Below are positions 58,947 through 64,000 of a stretch of DNA of 64,000 bases, piece after piece. Origin of the DNA: a bacterium (lineage in GTDB: Bacteria; Zhuqueibacterota; Zhuqueibacteria; Residuimicrobiales; Krinioviventaceae); NCBI GenBank assembly GCA_963674595.2, contig CAXXFV010000010.1, positions 1 to 64,000 of the forward strand. The letters run 5' to 3'. The notes beneath the pieces were generated by a model, which was not told the origin of the DNA, searched no databases, and saw only the letters and a list, made by a program, of their open reading frames with translations. Each line of letters starts with the position of its first letter. The first letter of the stretch is position 1. The translations under genes and the position numbers were made by a program.

Positions 58947-59763
58947 TTTTTAATTTCCTCATGTATTTAGCAATGTTTGTTTTTGCAAAACCGATTGGTT
59001 TTGAAGGATTTATCAACATGAATAATCCTCCATTATTGACAAACCAGTCTTCTGCCTTGATGTTATCCACAGCAGTTTTCAATGCCTGAAAACCTGTCAC
59101 GCCCCCTATCATATCCCCTGTACAAATAAGCTTTAACATTTTGTAAAGCAAATAGTATGGGTCATCTTCTGTAAACTGATTTTTTTCAAGCATTGCTTTG
59201 TATTCAGGGTGAACATTTAAAAAAGATTCGATAATTTGGAAATCCTGAAGAGGAATCGTATTATAATTTCCTTTACTTTCCTTTTCTTTTCTTTCCTTTC
59301 CTTTCCTTTGTGAATTAATGTTTACATTTTCGCGATTAATGTTGACATCAATTCTATTTATGTTGACATTTTGATCACCTAGTAAATAGTAATCTTCTTT
59401 CATATCAACATCCTTTCGTCTCTTTGTCGCTTCGATATATCTTTTTTGGATCCCCCGACTTGTAAGAATCTGGAACCTATCAAAAATAGTTTTATCAAAA
59501 AAACCACGTCGGATCAATTCACTAACCACGCTACTCACTAACGCATCTGTGACTCCATCACCCACACGTTTCGCAAATAACAAGCTTTCATCTTTTCCCC
59601 ATTTAATATAGTATCCATTTCTATATATACGACAAAGCAACTTTACAGCTATAATTTCACCCTTAATACCAAACTTTGCACTTATAAACTCTATCTTTTC
59701 ATCGTCGAAAAAATCAACATCAAATGAAAAATAATCTAATCCAGACTTTAGAACGTTCGCCAT
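58855..59763 (-). CDS. Phage replication initiator (DUF4373 / Lin1244-like N-terminus)
   Basis: GLDYFSFDV, IY.NGYY, ILTSRGIQKRY; upstream of the loader. Confidence 0.85.
   Translation of the reverse strand: MANVLKSGLDYFSFDVDFFDDEKIEFISAKFGIKGEIIAVKLLCRIYRNGYYIKWGKDESLLFAKRVGDGVTDALVSSVVSELIRRGFFDKTIFDRFQILTSRGIQKRYIEATKRRKDVDMKEDYYLLGDQNVNINRIDVNINRENVNINSQRKGKERKEKESKGNYNTIPLQDFQIIESFLNVHPEYKAMLEKNQFTEDDPYYLLYKMLKLICTGDMIGGVTGFQALKTAVDNIKAEDWFVNNGGLFMLINPSKPIGFAKTNIAKYMRKLKNGNTGNYKKQTTRPTATRGFGEQTVRVISL
59266..59370. promoter_or_regulatory. Candidate phage replication origin
   Basis: Three ATGTT(G/T)ACAT palindromes at 59318, 59339, 59360 (21-bp period) next to a CTTT(C)-repeat pyrimidine tract, inside the initiator gene. 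Confidence 0.7.
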
Positions 59764-59807
59764 TCAGATATTCCTTTTCCATTTGTTTGTGTCTGTCAGA
59801 CGGATCA

Positions 59808-60296
59808 TTAATTATTGTCCTCGTCCGCTTCGATCTGCTCGACCGGTTCCTCCGGCACGTCCAATTCATCCTGGTCGGTAAAATCATTAACGCCAATATC
59901 TATAGTTTCATTGTCGTTTTCCTGATCATCATCAACTATGTAAAAATCCGGATCGTCGTTTTCTTCATTTACTTCACTGAATTCAGCATCCTCAATTTCG
60001 CCGTTGTTTTCGGAAAGCATCAAAGGTTCCTGAGGTTCCGGCTCCGGCTCGGCTTCGGGCTGTTCAGAATCAAAATCAAACTCTGTTTGTTCTTTGTCTT
60101 TGTATTGTTTAAATAAATCCAACTGAGGGTCTTGAATAAGAACTTCGACAGTAACATTTTGCATTTCCGATAGCTGTGAAAACTTTTCAAAGTCTCTTAC
60201 GGTCCATTTGATAACCAACTTTCCTTCTATACCTTCACCTTTTCTGGCACTAATGACCTGCTCGATGGTCCCTTTTAATTTTACTTCGCCTTGCAT
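59808..60296 (-). CDS. Hypothetical protein with long acidic tail
   Basis: RBS GAGG; D/E-rich C-terminal half. Confidence 0.7.
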   Translation of the reverse strand: MQGEVKLKGTIEQVISARKGEGIEGKLVIKWTVRDFEKFSQLSEMQNVTVEVLIQDPQLDLFKQYKDKEQTEFDFDSEQPEAEPEPEPQEPLMLSENNGEIEDAEFSEVNEENDDPDFYIVDDDQENDNETIDIGVNDFTDQDELDVPEEPVEQIEADEDNN

Positions 60297-60330
60297 TTTT
60301 TCCTCACTTTCGTATTATTACATTTTTTCT

Positions 60331-60648
60331 TCAAACTATTCTTTTACGAGCGAACGGCCCGCCGCGTCTTGGTAACGGTTTCCAACCGGCAGCACGATCA
60401 CTTTTAATCATCCTCACAACATCATCAATGTGTTTCTTTTTCAAAGCAAGAAAAGCTGTAACGGAATCCCTGCCGATGAACCACCAGCCTTCACCTTTCT
60501 CCGGAGGATTATACTCCCAGGTTTTCAGCTTTTTAACTTCCCGGTGTAATCCGTTAGTATCACCTTGCCAGTCACCAACCTGACCGCGTTTTGCTTTTTC
60601 CAATTTCCAGAAAATACCGCCGCATGGAGCTTTTTCTATAATCATCAC
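60331..60648 (-). CDS. Phage hypothetical protein
   Basis: RBS AAGGA; co-oriented. Confidence 0.6.
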   Translation of the reverse strand: MMIIEKAPCGGIFWKLEKAKRGQVGDWQGDTNGLHREVKKLKTWEYNPPEKGEGWWFIGRDSVTAFLALKKKHIDDVVRMIKSDRAAGWKPLPRRGGPFARKRIV

Positions 60649-60707
60649 GATTCCTTCATTTTAATCCGGGCCGCCGTAGTTAAACAACGACCCGGGCGGG
60701 TGAAAAC

Positions 60708-61895
60708 CTACAATAACGATCCCTGTTTGCTCCACTCTTCACGGACCTTTGTGAAAACAAGAATGGTATTTTGTTTGACTTGATCGTTCATCTGAGTACT
60801 AAGAAGCTCATCGATTGATGAGTAACCAAGAGTACCAATTGTGTCACTAATGACATTGGCCGGTAATCCCCTTACTAATTCTCTAACTTTGTCAGAAAAG
60901 GTAACTTTTTTATCAGGCTGACTCGGTTTTTCTTCCTGAGTATTTTGGCTGCCGGCAGGTTCGGATGGTTGTTGAGTCTTGCCGTTCTGTTTTTTCTGTT
61001 CCTCGACAACTTCTTCATAGTCGGCATCTTCAACCTGGTCAGCTTCCTTATTATCCCAATCAAATTCTATTTTATTGAGATCGACTTCTTTGGTTTGTTT
61101 ATCAAAACTATCAGGAGTGATCACAGCCTCATCAGCAGCGACTTTACGATAATCATCAACCTGTAAAGGCTGTCGTTTTAAAAGTCTCTTTAACACTGTT
61201 TTTCGCCACATTTCCGGCTCATCCGTGTTCCAGGGTGAATAAGTTGAATCTTTTGCCTGGGATTTGGCTTTTACATGCAGAATATCTTCACGATTCATCA
61301 CCTCAAAATCATAAGCCTGATCTTTATATTTGATAATCGCATAAGCATACTTTAAATCCCCCCGGTTTTCCAACGTCGGTTTATGTTGGACATCCGGATA
61401 AAGTCCGTATTGAAAAGCGAACTTGTCACTCTCATAGACAACATGGGCATATATCGAAGCGACATCCCCGGTACGTCGGATCAGTTGAATAAGGCCCTTG
61501 TAACCTATTTGAAATTGAACTTCTTTAGATTTTATGTTCTTATTATAATAAGGAACGAAATAGCATTGCCCCAAATGCGGCGTAGGGTCTAAATTAAGAA
61601 TGGATGATTGAAGGACAGCACCGATAATACTTTGAGCGGTGCAATTTTTAATATCAAGATTTGCACTGATAACCGTCGTACAAACCTGCAAAATACGCTC
61701 AGGAGTAACATGATTCGGAAGAACCTGGGCAATCTGTAATTTATAAGAATCTAGAATATCTCTTATATTGTTTGCTTTAAGCCCGGACATCGTTCTGGGG
61801 ACCGGTTTATCGTTTCCATTTTCACCGTTCGCATTATTACCATTCGTTTTTAAAACATTTTTAGCTTTATCAGCAACAGCCATATTCATAACCAT
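60708..61895 (-). CDS. recT: RecT-family single-strand annealing protein
   Basis: LG.CY.VPY, QFQIGYKG.I.L..R, SPW......M..KTV. Confidence 0.93.
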   Translation of the reverse strand: MVMNMAVADKAKNVLKTNGNNANGENGNDKPVPRTMSGLKANNIRDILDSYKLQIAQVLPNHVTPERILQVCTTVISANLDIKNCTAQSIIGAVLQSSILNLDPTPHLGQCYFVPYYNKNIKSKEVQFQIGYKGLIQLIRRTGDVASIYAHVVYESDKFAFQYGLYPDVQHKPTLENRGDLKYAYAIIKYKDQAYDFEVMNREDILHVKAKSQAKDSTYSPWNTDEPEMWRKTVLKRLLKRQPLQVDDYRKVAADEAVITPDSFDKQTKEVDLNKIEFDWDNKEADQVEDADYEEVVEEQKKQNGKTQQPSEPAGSQNTQEEKPSQPDKKVTFSDKVRELVRGLPANVISDTIGTLGYSSIDELLSTQMNDQVKQNTILVFTKVREEWSKQGSLL

Positions 61896-61902
61896 GTCCC
61901 TC

Positions 61903-62841
61903 CTATCTTAAGCACAGTCTAAAAGTTCTATACCCGTCTTTGGGCTCAACATACTGATTATAGATATCCGGGTTCTCTGACTGGAATTTGTCTTTATTAA
62001 ATTGGTTACCGTCTTTATTCTTTTTAAAAGTCGCTACTTTTTGACCATGAAATACGATGGTCTCGGCATCAGCCATCATGATCTTGAAAGATTCTTTTAA
62101 TTTGCTTTCACGGTCATCAAGTAATTTCTTTGCGGCCTGGATACGTTTTAACTTGAGTGCCAAATTGAATGTATTTTCTGTTGCTTCGATAATTTTCCCG
62201 GCTTCTTCTTTCGGATAAAGATATTTGATATCGCTTTCATTTCTCGGTTCCGGGGGATTTTGTTTGACAATATGATCTTTCCAAAAACCTACAAGCTGGT
62301 CGGTCATCAAATCAACAAACTCTTTATCATATTCAACAGGGATAACCTGAAAGTCACGACCGTCAACAAGGACGGCAAACTCGCCCCATTTATGACCGGT
62401 AACACTGAAATAATGCTGTATCTGTGAATAATATTGTAATGGGAGTCCGTCATCTGCCCAGCTTTTAAATGCCCAGCCCGAAGCGGTTTTAACTTCCAAA
62501 ACGCCGGTCCCTTTGCCATTGCCGTTGGCCGTAATCAACCGGTCAATGTTTGCAATTAAAAATTCATGTTTTGAATGGATTCGGATTTTATTGTCCTTTT
62601 GGATTTTATGACCGGTCTCCTCGGAATACCATCGGGCGACCGTATCTTCCAACATGCGCCCGGCTTTCATCGCGTCATTATCCTCAACTCTCTGGCCTTC
62701 AATCTTTTCACGATAAACATCAAGGGGCGTTTTCCAGGGATTTAATCCGAGAACAGCGCCAACATCTGATCCGCCTAATCCTTTACGGTGCAGGTCCTGC
62801 CAATCTTCATAGCTCATTGCTCTTTTATCTATACTTTTCAT
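61903..62841 (-). CDS. YqaJ/lambda-exonuclease family viral recombinase
   Basis: GLGGSD, G..LE, ANIDR, LEVKT, Y..Q.QHY. Confidence 0.93.
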   Translation of the reverse strand: MKSIDKRAMSYEDWQDLHRKGLGGSDVGAVLGLNPWKTPLDVYREKIEGQRVEDNDAMKAGRMLEDTVARWYSEETGHKIQKDNKIRIHSKHEFLIANIDRLITANGNGKGTGVLEVKTASGWAFKSWADDGLPLQYYSQIQHYFSVTGHKWGEFAVLVDGRDFQVIPVEYDKEFVDLMTDQLVGFWKDHIVKQNPPEPRNESDIKYLYPKEEAGKIIEATENTFNLALKLKRIQAAKKLLDDRESKLKESFKIMMADAETIVFHGQKVATFKKNKDGNQFNKDKFQSENPDIYNQYVEPKDGYRTFRLCLR

Positions 62842-62874
62842 CTTGTCACCTTTTCAGTTAAATTCTGTCGCATC

Positions 62875-63141
62875 TTAAAAATTTGTTTCAAAAAGACCGG
62901 TTTCCTGATCATACTCTACATCAAACCTTCTTTTGCAGCAGCCGACAGGACACTTTATGGATTTCGTTTTTCCGGATTTAACACGGTCCTCAATTCCCGA
63001 ATCCAAAAAACCATCCACAACAGCGCCGCAATGCGGACAAATGATATTATAAGCCTTTGTGTCGATTTCTTCTACTTCAGGAACATCAAACGGCGCGACG
63101 AATAAAGGATTTGTCCAACCGCCATCATAATTATTATACAT
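62875..63141 (-). CDS. Small zinc-ribbon protein
   Basis: CPHC...CPVGCC; RBS GGAGG before ATG 63141. Confidence 0.6.
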   Translation of the reverse strand: MYNNYDGGWTNPLFVAPFDVPEVEEIDTKAYNIICPHCGAVVDGFLDSGIEDRVKSGKTKSIKCPVGCCKRRFDVEYDQETGLFETNF

Positions 63142-63493
63142 CTTTAGATCCTCCATCCTGTTCACGTTCTCCGGTACGATCATACAGGTACAAATCTTCA
63201 CAACCCATAATGTTTCTGGCCATGCGAAGCCACCTTAACCGATTAGCACGTCTGATCAAATTTGAAATAATCCGAAAGTCACCGGCGTCTATCGGCGTCC
63301 GTCCGCCTTTACATAAATTGTTCAACCGCCCAATCGTCATCTTTGCCTCCTGAGCGAACCATTCCCTGGTCAATTGTCTGTTCTGTGAGATGCAATCTTC
63401 AATAGCGTTATCAATTTCTGATGCAATAAATCGGAACAATTTCTCCTCCACGGTTGAGATTGTGTCTATATTTTCAAATTGTTGTTCTTTCAT
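63134..63493 (-). CDS. Putative HTH regulator (XRE/CII-like)
   Basis: LTREWFAQEAKMT..RL..LC.G helix-turn-helix pattern. Confidence 0.55.
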   Translation of the reverse strand: MKEQQFENIDTISTVEEKLFRFIASEIDNAIEDCISQNRQLTREWFAQEAKMTIGRLNNLCKGGRTPIDAGDFRIISNLIRRANRLRWLRMARNIMGCEDLYLYDRTGEREQDGGSKDV

Positions 63494-63853
63494 TTCTCTA
63501 CCCGCTCTTTCAATTGGTTTTTATGCTTGACCGTTAATTTTTGCAAATTCTTGTAAAAATTAATTGCACTGCCCATTGTAAAAACCATTCACCCGTTGTA
63601 TATTTAATTGTTTATTTTAAAAATTGAGGTCAATTATGAATGCAAATAGAAAAGAACCCGTTAAATACAATCAGAACTTGTCCTGTGAAATCAATTTCGA
63701 TTTATTGGAAATTTTAGAGACGGCAAGTATTTTAGAGAAAGCTTATATTTCTTCATTGTTAAAAAATGAGAATTTTACTACTTTAAAATACAAAGGCTGC
63801 TCTGGTGTTTATGTTGATGTTCAACAGGCTCTTTGCAGTTCTTTGTTATCATC

Positions 63854-63901
63854 GCCCTCTGGTCTCGATAGTCGCCAAACTTTGCAGACCAGGGGGTTTT
63901 T
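63854..63901 (+). terminator. Hairpin with CGCCAA loop and T tract; possible 3' end of an antisense RNA
   Basis: GCCCTCTGGTCT / AGACCAGGGGGT stem, upper stem AGT-CGCCAA-ACT, then TTTT. Confidence 0.55.
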
Positions 63902-64000
63902 ATTTTAATTGACCTGAAAATACTATTTTAACAGGGATCACGGATTTTCAGGCATGAGCACCGTAATTCCATTAAAATGAAATGTTCTTTGGCATTATAC

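Larger units (their letters stand above)
23086..64000 (-). mobile_element. Prophage, siphovirus-like; right part (immunity/integrase) outside the window, left boundary uncertain
   Basis: Co-oriented recombination, replication, packaging, head, tail and lysis modules; no sheath gene seen. Confidence 0.92.

Noticed and set aside
27000-63400. Numerous short plus-strand ORFs within the prophage
   Set aside because: Antisense shadows of well-supported minus-strand genes.
63624-63908. Plus-strand 94-aa ORF
   Set aside because: No recognisable motif and it runs through the terminator-like hairpin; cannot be supported, though not excluded.
1-64000. Integron integrase, phage integrase, attL/attR, tRNA or rRNA genes
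   Set aside because: No tyrosine or serine recombinase motifs in any ORF and no tRNA/rRNA-like sequence recognised; the prophage boundary cannot be fixed from this window.

Overview
Three blocks. (1) 1-8.4 kb: host housekeeping/secreted-enzyme genes (GH151-like fucosidase running off the left edge, GxGYxYP protein, beta-barrel proteins, alpha/beta hydrolase, S8 protease with dockerin-like tail); the gene set suggests an FCB-group-like host (inference). (2) 8.45-23.0 kb: AT-rich defence island. A minus-strand array (DUF805-TPR, PD-(D/E)xK-like nuclease, type IIG restriction-modification enzyme, AbiEi/AbiEii toxin-antitoxin, PLD-SNF2 helicase) is punctuated by attC-like sites, and a divergent LRR-less Roc-COR GTPase follows. 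(3) 23.1-64 kb: a siphovirus-like prophage on the minus strand (lysis, tail, head, portal, terminase, replication, RecT/YqaJ) that continues past the right edge; no integrase or att site is visible. Main unexplained structure: a second attC-punctuated gene array (46.0-52.15 kb) sits between terL and portal, and both arrays begin with a homologous ~300-nt promoter+leader although no integron integrase lies in the window. The phage also carries a ParB / ABC-ATPase-GNAT / formyltransferase operon next to the terminase (candidate DNA-modification system). Several genes at 5.9-7.1 kb and 11.6-13.0 kb are broken mostly by single-base homopolymer insertions that look like sequencing errors. All family calls come from motif recognition by eye, not database searches.
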